A stretch of 64,000 nucleotides of DNA from Parcubacteria group bacterium (GTDB lineage: Bacteria; Patescibacteriota; Minisyncoccia; Moranbacterales; UBA11712), in contig JBAZXV010000007.1 in assembly GCA_041659685.1 (NCBI GenBank), positions 6,348 through 70,347 on the forward strand, given 5' to 3'. A program made the position numbers and the translations under genes. The notes below the pieces were generated by a model that was given only the letters and a program-made list of their open reading frames with translations, did not search any database and had not been told where the DNA came from. The number at the start of each line of letters is the position of its first letter. Position 1 is the first letter of the stretch. This document shows positions 33,152 through 42,596 of the stretch, piece after piece.

Positions 33152-34225
33152 ATGGGACCCTTATTTTACAATTTGCTCGGAGTGAAGCCTAGCGGATTTG
33201 GCCTTGAAATCGAGGAGAGCTCCGTCAAGGCTTTTATGCTGGGAAAAGACAAAAAAGATCTCTCAAAAGCTATTTTTGGCCTTCGTTCCTTGAAAAAAGG
33301 AATCGTTCAGGAAGGGCAAGTCGTCCAAGCCGAAGAGTTGGCGAAAGAAATAAAGGAAGTTATGAAAACTGCCCGGCCGAAATCAATCAAAGAAAAATTC
33401 GTTGTCTTTTCTATTCCGGAAACCAAGGCTTTTGTCAGAACCATCCAAATTCCAAAAATGACGCGCCAAGAAGCTTCGGAGGCGGTAAAATGGGAAACCG
33501 AAGCCAATATTCCCGTTTCACTGGATAAAGTATATTTGGACTGGCAGATAATCGGGACATCTGAAAACGGCGATGAAGTTTTGGTCGCCGCCGTTCCCAA
33601 GGAAATCGTCGACGGATACTGCAAAGCAATAACCCTTTCCGGCCTTATTCCTCTCGCCGGAGAAGTGGATGTCATTGCCACGATCAGAAGCCTTACTTCG
33701 GAAAAAAATAATGCAAAACCGATCCTCATTGCCGACATTGGAGCCGACAAGACAAGCCTTGTCATATGCAAGAATCAAGTCCCTTACTTTTCTTCAAGCA
33801 TTCCGCTTTGCGGAAAAACTTTTACCGATGCGCTCCAGAAAGGGTTGGGAGTCAGTCTTGAAAAAGCCGAAGAAATCAAAGCAAAATACGGTCTCGGCAA
33901 AATGAAAAAGGACGATATGCTTTATAATATCTACAACCCGTTGGTTGGAAATTTGGCGGTTGAAATTGACCGTTCGCTAAATTTTTATTCCGAATCCATT
34001 TGTTCCCAGGAAAAAGTTGAACAAGTATTGCTTTCGGGCGGCGGCTCTCTCCTTCGCGAGCTGGCGGACTATCTTTCTTTGCGGCTCAAAAAAACGATAA
34101 CAGTCGGCAATCCGGCAGTGGGTCTCGGTCTGGACGGGGAAATATCGGAGAGCGTCGCCAAAGATTTATCTCCCTTTGCCACTTCAATTGGACTTGCACT
34201 AAGAGGATCTGAATATGAAAGTTAA
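33152..34225 (+). CDS. pilM: Type IV pilus assembly protein PilM (locus 1)
   Basis: FGLEIE, IADIGA, LSGGGS and SIGLALRG actin-like fold. Start moved to ATG 33152 to avoid overlap. Confidence 0.88.
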   Translation: MGPLFYNLLGVKPSGFGLEIEESSVKAFMLGKDKKDLSKAIFGLRSLKKGIVQEGQVVQAEELAKEIKEVMKTARPKSIKEKFVVFSIPETKAFVRTIQIPKMTRQEASEAVKWETEANIPVSLDKVYLDWQIIGTSENGDEVLVAAVPKEIVDGYCKAITLSGLIPLAGEVDVIATIRSLTSEKNNAKPILIADIGADKTSLVICKNQVPYFSSSIPLCGKTFTDALQKGLGVSLEKAEEIKAKYGLGKMKKDDMLYNIYNPLVGNLAVEIDRSLNFYSESICSQEKVEQVLLSGGGSLLRELADYLSLRLKKTITVGNPAVGLGLDGEISESVAKDLSPFATSIGLALRGSEYES

Positions 34226-34763
34226 TGTGAACATTCTGCCGGACGAGCAGAAAGAAAAAAAAGAAATAGAAAAAAAGATCGGAAAAATAGGCCGCTTCGG
34301 ATTTTCCATAGTTTTTGTATTTATTATTTTTTTGGCGATTCTTTTTTCCGCCAAATTCGTTTTGGAAATAGACTACAAATCGGTTCAGGAAACCTTCAGA
34401 GGGGGATCGGAAAAATCCAACAGCGATATAAAACAAACGGAAGATTTCCTCAGCGATATCAACAGCACCGCTAAAAAGATCAACAAAATGTCATCCGAGA
34501 CGCCTCGATGGTCAAAAGTTTTGAAGAAGATTTCGGAAATATCCTCCCCGGATCTGCGCATTACTCTCATTCATGCGGAAGGAGTGCACGTTATAATCGG
34601 CGGTTTTTCTAAAACGAGGGAAGCCTTCCTGGATTTTCAAGAAAAATTGGAAAAAGAAGGATATAAAAAAATCAATTCCCCCATTTCAAATCTTGTTTCT
34701 CCAAAAGATTTTAATTTTGAAATTGAGATGGATATAGACGCAGAATACCTAAACCGGGATTAA
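34215..34763 (+). CDS. pilN: PilN-like protein
   Basis: VNILP motif, single TM, and position after pilM. Confidence 0.75.
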   Translation: MKVNVNILPDEQKEKKEIEKKIGKIGRFGFSIVFVFIIFLAILFSAKFVLEIDYKSVQETFRGGSEKSNSDIKQTEDFLSDINSTAKKINKMSSETPRWSKVLKKISEISSPDLRITLIHAEGVHVIIGGFSKTREAFLDFQEKLEKEGYKKINSPISNLVSPKDFNFEIEMDIDAEYLNRD

Positions 34764-34773
34764 TATTATTCTC

Positions 34774-35502
34774 ATGGCAAAAAAGACTGACAAAAGAATA
34801 ATCTTAGCGAGTTCCATTACATTTTTAATTGTGGCTTTTTTCGGCTGGTTCTCTTTTTTCCATGAAACAAACAAGGTAAAGGAAATCACCGAAACTATTG
34901 AGGAAAAAAAGCTGGAATCGACTGTCGCTCAAGAAAAAAGGGATAAAATCATAGTCCTGAAAAAGGAGCTTTCTGATATGGAGCTTTACAATAATGAAAT
35001 GAAAAAGATGTTGATGAATAAAAACGATGCCGTGCCTTTTCTGCGCTCGCTTGAAAAAATAGCTGCTGATACTTCAAATTCGATAAAGATTGAAGCGACT
35101 GATTTAAGCAAACTCAAGATAAAACAGGGAAAAGGCAGTGAACTTGATGAAGACGAAACGGGAAAAGTGTTGACGAAAGAGGAGCAGGTGGCGGCGGATG
35201 TGGCGGCCGAAAAAGCGAAAGAAGAGGGAGCCGGAAACATGAAAAACAGCCTGGGGTTTACGCTTGAATTGGCCGGGACATTTCCAGCCACGGTCGATTT
35301 TATCGATAAGATGGAAAATTTGCCTTATTTTATCGGAATTTACAATATGGATATTTCCAGCACTGTCAAAGAAAAAAAGATGGCAGCTTCGGGAGGAGTT
35401 TTAGCGGCAGGCGGTCCGATTACGAACCCCGAAGATTCCCAGGGAAACAAAAACGTAAAAATGACGATGATAATAATTGTTGGCACAAACGATGGAAATT
35501 AA
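34774..35502 (+). CDS. pilO: PilO-like protein
   Basis: N-terminal TM, coiled coil, GTFPATVDFIDKMENLP. Confidence 0.7.
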   Translation: MAKKTDKRIILASSITFLIVAFFGWFSFFHETNKVKEITETIEEKKLESTVAQEKRDKIIVLKKELSDMELYNNEMKKMLMNKNDAVPFLRSLEKIAADTSNSIKIEATDLSKLKIKQGKGSELDEDETGKVLTKEEQVAADVAAEKAKEEGAGNMKNSLGFTLELAGTFPATVDFIDKMENLPYFIGIYNMDISSTVKEKKMAASGGVLAAGGPITNPEDSQGNKNVKMTMIIIVGTNDGN

Positions 35503-35809
35503 AGAATCGGCAAAGATCGGCAAAGGAAAATATTATTTGCGCAAAGCAAACGGTTTTTTCTTTCGTTGGTTTCGCCTCGCTTTGTTTTTGGCGGTCGCCG
35601 CTTATTCAGTCTGGATATGGGATAAATACGTTTATCGTCCTGACTGGAGCGAAGAAAAAAAACAGGAATATATTAAAGAACAGTCCGTCTTTTCTTTCGA
35701 TCGGGACAACTATGAGAAAGCCATCAATCAGGTCAGATCAAAAAAAGAAAGGCTCGAGAGCAGCTATAGATTTTCAGGAAGGGATATATTTTTCCCTGAG
35801 GGATTTTAA
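35492..35809 (+). CDS. Small membrane protein ending pil locus 1
   Basis: Single TM; ends RDIFFP; overlaps the pilO stop. Confidence 0.6.
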   Translation: MEIKESAKIGKGKYYLRKANGFFFRWFRLALFLAVAAYSVWIWDKYVYRPDWSEEKKQEYIKEQSVFSFDRDNYEKAINQVRSKKERLESSYRFSGRDIFFPEGF

Positions 35810-35941
35810 ATTCAGCGCATAGTCTTTGATGTCGGTATGTTTTCCATTAAACGCGTAAAAATGCCGTCTGCCGGATATTGTCTGCAAAATGATAAAATTA
35901 TTGACCGCTCGGTCTTTTTTTGTTAGGTTATTGAAGTGTTT

Positions 35942-36015
35942 GCCCCGGTAGCTCAATTGGATAGAGTGTCTGGCTTCGGACCAGAAGGTTAGAGGTTCGA
36001 CTCCTCTCCGGGGCA
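35942..36015 (+). tRNA. tRNA-Arg(TCG)
   Basis: GCCCCGG/CCGGGGC-A acceptor; TCTGG-CT TCG GA-CCAGA anticodon arm. Confidence 0.95.
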
Positions 36016-36132
36016 CAAATATAACAAAATCGGCGCGGAATGAATTTTTCGGACTGCGCGCCAAGAAATCAGACAAAACAAAGATAAGCTTTGGGAATTT
36101 CCTAAAGCTTATCTTTGTTATAGAATGGAAAT

Positions 36133-38217
36133 ATGAATAATATCGACATTTCAATCCGAAATATTTCCTTTATTGAAAACAAATACATAAAGAAACTAGA
36201 GGGACTTGGCATCAGGACTGCGCGCGATTTTTTGTATTTTTTTCCGCACCGTTATGACGATTTTTCCGAAATAACCAGAATATCCGGGATTAGGCAGGGC
36301 GAAGTCGCGACAGTAGAGGGGAAAATAACAGAAATTAAAAATATCCGAATCTGGAAAAAAAGAATGGCGATTACGGAAGCCGTCGTTCAGGACAAAAGCG
36401 GATCCGTTCGGGTTGTTTGGTTTAATCAGCCCTATATCATCCAGAATTTGAAAAAGGATTCTCTTGTGAGGCTCAGCGGAAAAGTAGGTTTGGACAAAAA
36501 AGGGTTCCATGTTTCAAGCCCCGCTTATGAGAATGCAAAGCGCAGTCCGACTAACACCGGACGAATTGTTCCCGTCTATCCCGAAACGCGGGGGATAACT
36601 TCAAAATGGCTTCGCTGGAAAATAACCCAGATTCTTAAGGGATACCTGGATGAAATCGAGGATATTGTTCCGAATGCGATTTTAAAAAGGCAAAAGTTAA
36701 TGGGAATCCGGGATGCCATTCAGGAGCTGCATTTCCCTTCGAGTTTCGAAAAACTAAGGGGCGCTCAAAAGAGAATGGCTTTTGAAGAAATGTTTGTTAT
36801 TCAACTTATCTCAACGCGTGCGAGGAAAGATTGGGAAAAAAGCCGGGCGATACCGATCAAGTTCGATGAAAAACTGGTAAAGGATTTCGTGAACTCTCTT
36901 TCTTTCAGACTTACTGATGCGCAGAGGAAATCGACTTATCAAATTTTACGGGACATTGAGAAGCCTCACCCGATGAACCGGCTCCTTGAGGGCGATGTGG
37001 GATCCGGGAAGACGGTTGTTGCGGCAATAGCGGCGCTTGAGGCAATGATGGCGGGGTATCAGACGGCTATTATGGCGCCGACTGAGGTTTTGGCTCAGCA
37101 GCATTTCGAGACTTTCAGGAAAGTCTTTAAGAAATTTTCCCAGAAAGTCGGAATTTTGACCAACGGCCAATGCCGGACAGTCTGGAAAAAAAATACCCGA
37201 AAGAATTTTTTGGGGAAAATTAAAAGAGGGGAAATAAAGATTCTTATCGGCACGCACGCGCTCATTCAAAAAAGCGTTGAGTTCAAAAATTTGGCGCTTG
37301 CGATAGTCGATGAGCAGCACCGTTTCGGAGTCGAGCAGCGCGCCCGCCTTCAAAAAGCGGCGGCTGGAATCAAAGACGGAGTGAAGAATGCCGTTCCCCA
37401 TCTTCTGTCCATGACGGCGACACCGATTCCAAGGACCTTGGCCCTGGCCTTTTACGGCAATCTGGATCTCTCGATTCTGGATGAGCTTCCGAAAGGAAGA
37501 AAAAAAATAATTACCGAAATAATTGCTCCCGCGGGCCGCGAAAATGTATACAATTTCATTCAAAATGAAATAATGTCCGGCCGGCAAGCCTTTTTCATTT
37601 TTCCTCTCATTGATGAATCCGATAAGATCTCAGGGAAAGCGGCGACCGCCGAGCACGAAAGACTCTCAAAGGAAGTGTTTTCTGATTTTCGCGTCGGACT
37701 TTTGCATGGCCGGATGAAGCCGAAAGAAAAAGAAGACGTGATGCAGAAATTCAAAGACAAAGAATATGACATTCTGGTTTCAACATCTGTGATTGAAGTC
37801 GGCGTGGATGTTCCGAATGCGACTGTTATGGTTATCGAAGGATCGGAACGGTTCGGTTTGGCGCAGCTTCATCAATTCCGCGGCCGCGTTGGCCGCAGCG
37901 AGCATCAATCCTATTGTTTCCTCTTTACGGAATCAGCGTCGGCGGCGACCAATAAGCGCCTCAAGGCGCTCATTGAATCCGAAGACGGTTTCAAGCTGGC
38001 CGAAAAAGATCTCGAAATCCGAGGTCCGGGGCAGTTCATAGGAACCCGCCAGTCCGGAATTGCCGATGCGGCGATGAAGCATTTTTCGGACGTAAAACTT
38101 ATCCAAGAGGCGAGAATCGAGGCTCAAAGTCTTTTTGAATTCGATTCAAAACTTGAAAATTTTCCAATTTTGAAGCAAACTTTAGACAGGTATGACAAGG
38201 ATATTCACTTGGAATAA
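36133..38217 (+). CDS. recG: ATP-dependent DNA helicase RecG
   Basis: GDVGSGKT, DEQHRFG, MTATPIPRT, QFRGRVGR, and an OB wedge domain. Confidence 0.96.
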   Translation: MNNIDISIRNISFIENKYIKKLEGLGIRTARDFLYFFPHRYDDFSEITRISGIRQGEVATVEGKITEIKNIRIWKKRMAITEAVVQDKSGSVRVVWFNQPYIIQNLKKDSLVRLSGKVGLDKKGFHVSSPAYENAKRSPTNTGRIVPVYPETRGITSKWLRWKITQILKGYLDEIEDIVPNAILKRQKLMGIRDAIQELHFPSSFEKLRGAQKRMAFEEMFVIQLISTRARKDWEKSRAIPIKFDEKLVKDFVNSLSFRLTDAQRKSTYQILRDIEKPHPMNRLLEGDVGSGKTVVAAIAALEAMMAGYQTAIMAPTEVLAQQHFETFRKVFKKFSQKVGILTNGQCRTVWKKNTRKNFLGKIKRGEIKILIGTHALIQKSVEFKNLALAIVDEQHRFGVEQRARLQKAAAGIKDGVKNAVPHLLSMTATPIPRTLALAFYGNLDLSILDELPKGRKKIITEIIAPAGRENVYNFIQNEIMSGRQAFFIFPLIDESDKISGKAATAEHERLSKEVFSDFRVGLLHGRMKPKEKEDVMQKFKDKEYDILVSTSVIEVGVDVPNATVMVIEGSERFGLAQLHQFRGRVGRSEHQSYCFLFTESASAATNKRLKALIESEDGFKLAEKDLEIRGPGQFIGTRQSGIADAAMKHFSDVKLIQEARIEAQSLFEFDSKLENFPILKQTLDRYDKDIHLE

Positions 38218-38239
38218 TATCCATAAGGAGGAGAAAAAG

Positions 38240-38440
38240 ATGTCTTTCAGGGAGTGCTGGAGAAAAATATTTCCCCGCCGGTTGCGGGGACTCCAAAGGA
38301 TCCAACGGATAGAAGAAGACTTGTCGGCCTTGAAAAGTTACGCCGAAAGCCTTCCGGAGGAAGGGGATCTGGATGTTGTCGGAAAGCTTGCCAGCTTGGC
38401 AAAGCCCTTGCTCAAAAAAATCGACCTCAAAAAACCGTAA
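38240..38440 (+). CDS. Small hypothetical protein (66 aa)
   Basis: Strong SD AAGGAGG before ATG 38240; followed by hairpin AAGCCCATGGA-C-TCCATGGGCTT. Confidence 0.6.
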   Translation: MSFRECWRKIFPRRLRGLQRIQRIEEDLSALKSYAESLPEEGDLDVVGKLASLAKPLLKKIDLKKP

Positions 38441-38626
38441 GCCCATGGACTCCATGGGCTTCGCCATTTTTTGCCGCAAAAAAACAGCTCCAATATAATG
38501 CCGGAACTGTTTTCGTTCCCCCATCTGAGCTCGTTAGCCACGATAACGCAACTAACGAACTCGGATGGGGGGCGGAGTCAGTTGTGACCTCCGCCCGGAG
38601 CGCTCGTAGGTGTTGCCTGCGAAGCC

Positions 38627-39433
38627 CTATTTTTTCTTTGCGAGTTTCGGCCTAAGGTAATCTCCGGTTTCTTTCCAATCGTCATGATAATCAAAATCTA
38701 TCATGATGTTCCCCGGCCACCGGAGCGCATCACTCCAGTTTTCAATACCATGGGTTCCAACGGGGATCTCCTCTTCTCTCTCGAATCTCCCCGACTGACC
38801 TACTTTTTTGATCCAGATAGTACCCCCTTGTCCTTTTTTGTCGATGTGCCACTTGGTTATTTTCCAGGTCGCCTTTTCTTTGGAAATATCTTTGGCCTGA
38901 CTTCTCGAAAATTTGGCATTCTCCAGGGAACGCCTCCTTTCTTCTTCCCGTTCCAGCCGGTCCTCGATCCGTTTGCAGTACTGGGCGGATTCTTGGAGGA
39001 TTTTCTTTAGAGGAGCGACTTGTAGGAAATATGTTGCTCCCCAAACCATGCTGCCGAAGCAGATGAATACCAGGGCCCAGATCAGCACCAAATTTCTTGT
39101 TTTGTGCTTCTGCCGGAGTTCTTCCTTTTTAGGTTCTTCTTCGGGCTTAAATTGCTCTGGAGCAGGCTTCTCATTCTCTTTTAGCGCAATCTTTTCGCCG
39201 CATTGGGAACAAAAATCCTCTGCCTCGCCCATTTTGTGCCCGTTTGGACAACGGGGGTCGTTGTAGGACTTCACGGGCTGGCCGCAGGTTTTGCAGAACT
39301 TACTGGCCGTTGCTTGCCAGTGCCCGTTTGCGCAAATAAAGCCAGGCCGCGTAAATACTTCCCAAATAAGACGAGCCGCACCTAATATAACAACCACCAT
39401 CACCACGATGAAAAGCAAAATAAAACCTGGCAT
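38627..39433 (-). CDS. Membrane protein with double zinc ribbon
   Basis: CANGH...FCKTCG and CPNGH...FCSQCG between two TM segments; SD AAGGAG. Confidence 0.75.
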   Translation of the reverse strand: MPGFILLFIVVMVVVILGAARLIWEVFTRPGFICANGHWQATASKFCKTCGQPVKSYNDPRCPNGHKMGEAEDFCSQCGEKIALKENEKPAPEQFKPEEEPKKEELRQKHKTRNLVLIWALVFICFGSMVWGATYFLQVAPLKKILQESAQYCKRIEDRLEREEERRRSLENAKFSRSQAKDISKEKATWKITKWHIDKKGQGGTIWIKKVGQSGRFEREEEIPVGTHGIENWSDALRWPGNIMIDFDYHDDWKETGDYLRPKLAKKK

Positions 39434-39489
39434 GTCAAATCTCCTTTACCTCGTACTAGATTTCTTGACCAAGCCGAAAGGCTGGTATT

Positions 39490-39652
39490 TTCTCAACTGC
39501 CTAGAAATGAAAACTAGAAGATAATTTATACATTTTGGCAGTTGATATTTTTTCAAAGAACAGTCCTTTTCTGAATTTGCTATCATCGATTACGTGATAA
39601 CGAACTCGGTTGAGGGGGTAGAGACACGAATAATACCGTGATCTCTGCCCCG
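39490..39652 (-). repeat. Inter-cassette repeat copy 1 (hairpin, CCGAGTTCGTTA, boxA-like motif, stem-loop)
   Basis: Aligns with 40100-40255 over about 85 nt (plus strand: AAATGAAAACTA...CATTTTGGCAGT.GATATTT...TCAAAGAACAGTC.TTTTCTGAA). Confidence 0.8.
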
Positions 39653-39670
39653 TGATTTACTCCACTCGCC

Positions 39671-40045
39671 TTATTTGCAAGACTGCGAAGGGCCGAACTC
39701 GACTGTTTCCATACGAATGATCGCATCCGGCAATTTGATGTCCAGTTGCTCAACCAGGCGGCCATTCTCTTGATGTCTGGTGACTTTTCTATCGGGACTG
39801 ATTGCATATATCCTGCGGCCTGTAAAGTCAAGAGCTACCGAACCCTTTGCAATATCCCGCTTGCCCTCTTGGCATGGATAAGCACCTAAAAATTGTCCCG
39901 TGGTCTGAACGCGTTCCACGGTATAAAGTGCTAATTTATACTGCTCCAACTCGTTACTGGCAGGAAGATATCCGAAATACAGGACGGCCAACACGCCAAG
40001 AAATGCACCCAAAACCACACCAATCCAAAACGGATACTTTTTCAT
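39671..40045 (-). CDS. Hypothetical protein with N-terminal TM (124 aa)
   Basis: SD AGGGAG; flanked by the inter-cassette repeats. Confidence 0.7.
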   Translation of the reverse strand: MKKYPFWIGVVLGAFLGVLAVLYFGYLPASNELEQYKLALYTVERVQTTGQFLGAYPCQEGKRDIAKGSVALDFTGRRIYAISPDRKVTRHQENGRLVEQLDIKLPDAIIRMETVEFGPSQSCK

Positions 40046-40099
40046 TTCCGATCTCCCTTAGAATTATTTACCAGGAATCTAGGATTCCGGCATATTTCC

Positions 40100-40255
40100 A
40101 ACAAATGCTAAAAATGAAAACTAAAAATAATTTTCACATTTTGGCAGTCGATATTTCTCAAAGAACAGTCTTTTTCTGAAACCGCTAAACGAAAATTAAC
40201 GATCTCGGAAAAAAAGAGGAGAGCGTCGCATAGCGTAGCCGCGAGCCCTCACCCG
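40100..40255 (-). repeat. Inter-cassette repeat copy 2
   Basis: See copy 1; TAACGATCTCGG at 40197-40208 and TCAAAGAAC at 40158-40166. Confidence 0.8.
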
Positions 40256-40262
40256 CATCCAA

Positions 40263-40460
40263 CTAGCGGATGCTTCCCAGATATTCCGGGTTTAGGCTGA
40301 AACAGAATTCTGCCTTGGCCTTCTCAGCTTCCTGTTCGCCAGGGTAAGAACCGTGGTGTTCCCATCCCAGAGGCAATTCCTCTTCGTTAAAAGGCAGAGG
40401 AACGACCATAGCGCCAACCAGGCTATAGCAACAATATACCGCGTGGGTGTGCTCTTGCAT
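40263..40460 (-). CDS. Small hypothetical protein (65 aa)
   Basis: Strong SD GGAGGAG; the stop is immediately followed by repeat copy 2. Confidence 0.65.
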   Translation of the reverse strand: MQEHTHAVYCCYSLVGAMVVPLPFNEEELPLGWEHHGSYPGEQEAEKAKAEFCFSLNPEYLGSIR

Positions 40461-40728
40461 ACTCTCCTCCGTATTTGGCGATTTCGCCTTTTTAATTTTC
40501 CCTTCTTATGAAGAGAATGATGAACCCCGTCCCAAAGTGACTTATTCTTCAATAGGAAATTCAGTTTACAGTCAGGCTTTGCAGCGGGGCAAGGAAAAGC
40601 TTTGAAGGCTAAGATATTTAAGGCTGTATTATTATGTAATAACTAATAACCTAATATCTTTCTCCTTACTGCTTTTTCCCCTCCATCATTCTCTCCATAA
40701 AAACTCTCGATTTTAAGACTAACTATGT

Positions 40729-40757
40729 ATTTTATCATATTTAAAACAGTTTGTCAA
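40729..40757 (-). promoter_or_regulatory. Sigma70-like promoter driving the small-gene array
   Basis: Minus strand TTGACA-N17-TAAAAT with extended TG. Confidence 0.65.
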
Positions 40758-40840
40758 TCTTAGGCAAAATGTGTGAAGAAATGTTTATATATACTTTATA
40801 TAAGGCATAAAAAGACTAAGTCTTAGGAGCTTCCCAAGAC

Positions 40841-41422
40841 TTAGTCTTGACAGTTGATGCTAAACCGCCATAAATATTCCCGACAGTGCTTAGCATAATC
40901 AATTCCGATTCTTTTGGACTTTTCTATTTTTGGAAGCTTGATTTTCGGATTGCGAGCTTCCAGCCATAATTTTTCTCCTCTCGTAAGATCCCATTCGTTG
41001 AGTTTTCGGTCAATACGGAGAAATTTGCAGAGTTTTCCCGGCCCATTGAGCTCCCTTTCCTCGAGACCCCTCCCTTGTCCTCCCCTTGATGAAGGGAGGG
41101 AATTTGAAGTTACTCTCGCTCCTCTTATCAGTACTGCCGCAGGGAAATCATTTCTCTCGGTGACAACATTGAGGCAATGATGCATTCCATAAATCATATA
41201 GACGTAGGCGCGCCCCTCCTTGCCGTACATCACTTCCGTTCTCGGAGTCCGGCCGCGGGAGGCATGGCAGGCAAGATCATTTTCTCCGACATAAGCTTCG
41301 GTTTCATTAATCATCGCGCGGATGATTTTTCCGCGATGCTTGCGGATCAAAAAACAACCCAAAAGGTTTTGGGCGACTTCGAGAGTCGGACGGGAATAAA
41401 AGTTGCGGGGAATAATTTTCAT
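40841..41422 (-). CDS. mpg: 3-methyladenine DNA glycosylase (MPG/AAG family)
   Basis: VAQNLLG, ETEAY, YVYMIYGMHHCLNVV, NGPGKL, RIGI. Confidence 0.93.
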   Translation of the reverse strand: MKIIPRNFYSRPTLEVAQNLLGCFLIRKHRGKIIRAMINETEAYVGENDLACHASRGRTPRTEVMYGKEGRAYVYMIYGMHHCLNVVTERNDFPAAVLIRGARVTSNSLPSSRGGQGRGLEERELNGPGKLCKFLRIDRKLNEWDLTRGEKLWLEARNPKIKLPKIEKSKRIGIDYAKHCREYLWRFSINCQD

Positions 41423-41444
41423 CGAATATTATTTCTTGGCGTTT

Positions 41445-42596
41445 TTATTTTGCGCTTATCGCATTGCTATAAACTTCCAGCATTTTTTTTGCGCAAACCG
41501 AAGAGGTATACTTTTCCTTTGCCGCTCTCTTTGCTGTTTCTCCTAAAATTTTTCGCAAATTATCATCGTCGATAAGCTCCTGAACCGCTTTGCCGAATTC
41601 TTCCTTTTCTTCCGCGACAAGAAACCCGGTTTTTCCGCTCTCGATCAAATCTTTTACACCCGCTGCCCGCACGGCGACAATCGGAAGGCCGGAATACATC
41701 GCTTCAGTGATAACCATTCCCTGTGTTTCCGATTTTGAAGCGTAAACGAAAATGTCTCCTGCGGCATAGTAATCTTTCTTTTCCTGTCCCTGCACCATGC
41801 CGGCGGAAATCAGTTTATCCGTCACCCCTTTCTTTTTCGCGATTATCATCATCTTTTCTCTTAAGTCGCCGTCTCCGCAAATCATGAATTTTGCCTTGGT
41901 ATTATTTTTGACAATCTCGGAGACTGCCTCGGCCAGAAACAGCACGTTTTTTTCAGCAGTCAGCCTTGAAATCAAGATCAGGAGAATGTCATCAGCCTTG
42001 ATTTCGTATTTTTTCCGCACTGTCTCCCGATTTGGATTTGCGAACTGCGTTTCCTCAACGCCGGTGGGAACGGAAACAATATTTTTATTGGTTACGCCCC
42101 AATTTTTGATAATCTCAATAACTGACGGAGTGGGGACTACCACGGTGTCGCATCGGTTGGCGTAATTTTTCGCATTTCGGATTGTCCACCAGGCTGCCAG
42201 TTTTCTCGGAACGAAAGGAAAATAATGAGCGTATTGGTCGAAGAGCGTATGCCAAGTGAAAACAAGAGGAATATTTTTTTTCTTTGCCCAGTGCATGGCT
42301 GCGCTTCCGAGAAGGTTCGGGTGCTGGGAATGGATGATATCGAGGTTGAGGTCCCTGAGTATTTTGTGAATTTCCTGGGAATATGGAATTGCCAATGGAA
42401 ATTTTATTTTTGTTCTCGTCTCGATCGAGGGATAGCGAAAAACCCTCGGATTATTGTCTTTATAACCTTTCCATTCCGCGGCAAAGATGAAAACTTCATG
42501 TCCCAATCTTTCGAATTCTTTTCGAAAACTTTCAACTGATCCGGAAACGCCGTAGGGATTGGGAAGATAGTTGTTTGTAAAAAATGCTATTCGCAT
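41445..42596 (-). CDS. GT4 glycosyltransferase (diacylglycerol glycosyltransferase-like)
   Basis: MRIAFFTNNYLP..GV and SKSETQGMVITEAM. Confidence 0.9.
   Translation of the reverse strand: MRIAFFTNNYLPNPYGVSGSVESFRKEFERLGHEVFIFAAEWKGYKDNNPRVFRYPSIETRTKIKFPLAIPYSQEIHKILRDLNLDIIHSQHPNLLGSAAMHWAKKKNIPLVFTWHTLFDQYAHYFPFVPRKLAAWWTIRNAKNYANRCDTVVVPTPSVIEIIKNWGVTNKNIVSVPTGVEETQFANPNRETVRKKYEIKADDILLILISRLTAEKNVLFLAEAVSEIVKNNTKAKFMICGDGDLREKMMIIAKKKGVTDKLISAGMVQGQEKKDYYAAGDIFVYASKSETQGMVITEAMYSGLPIVAVRAAGVKDLIESGKTGFLVAEEKEEFGKAVQELIDDDNLRKILGETAKRAAKEKYTSSVCAKKMLEVYSNAISAK

Noticed and set aside
38510-40260. Integron attC sites or CRISPR array
   Set aside because: There is no integrase or cas gene. 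The GTT/AAC cores are in the wrong order for attC, and the spacers are whole genes of variable length.
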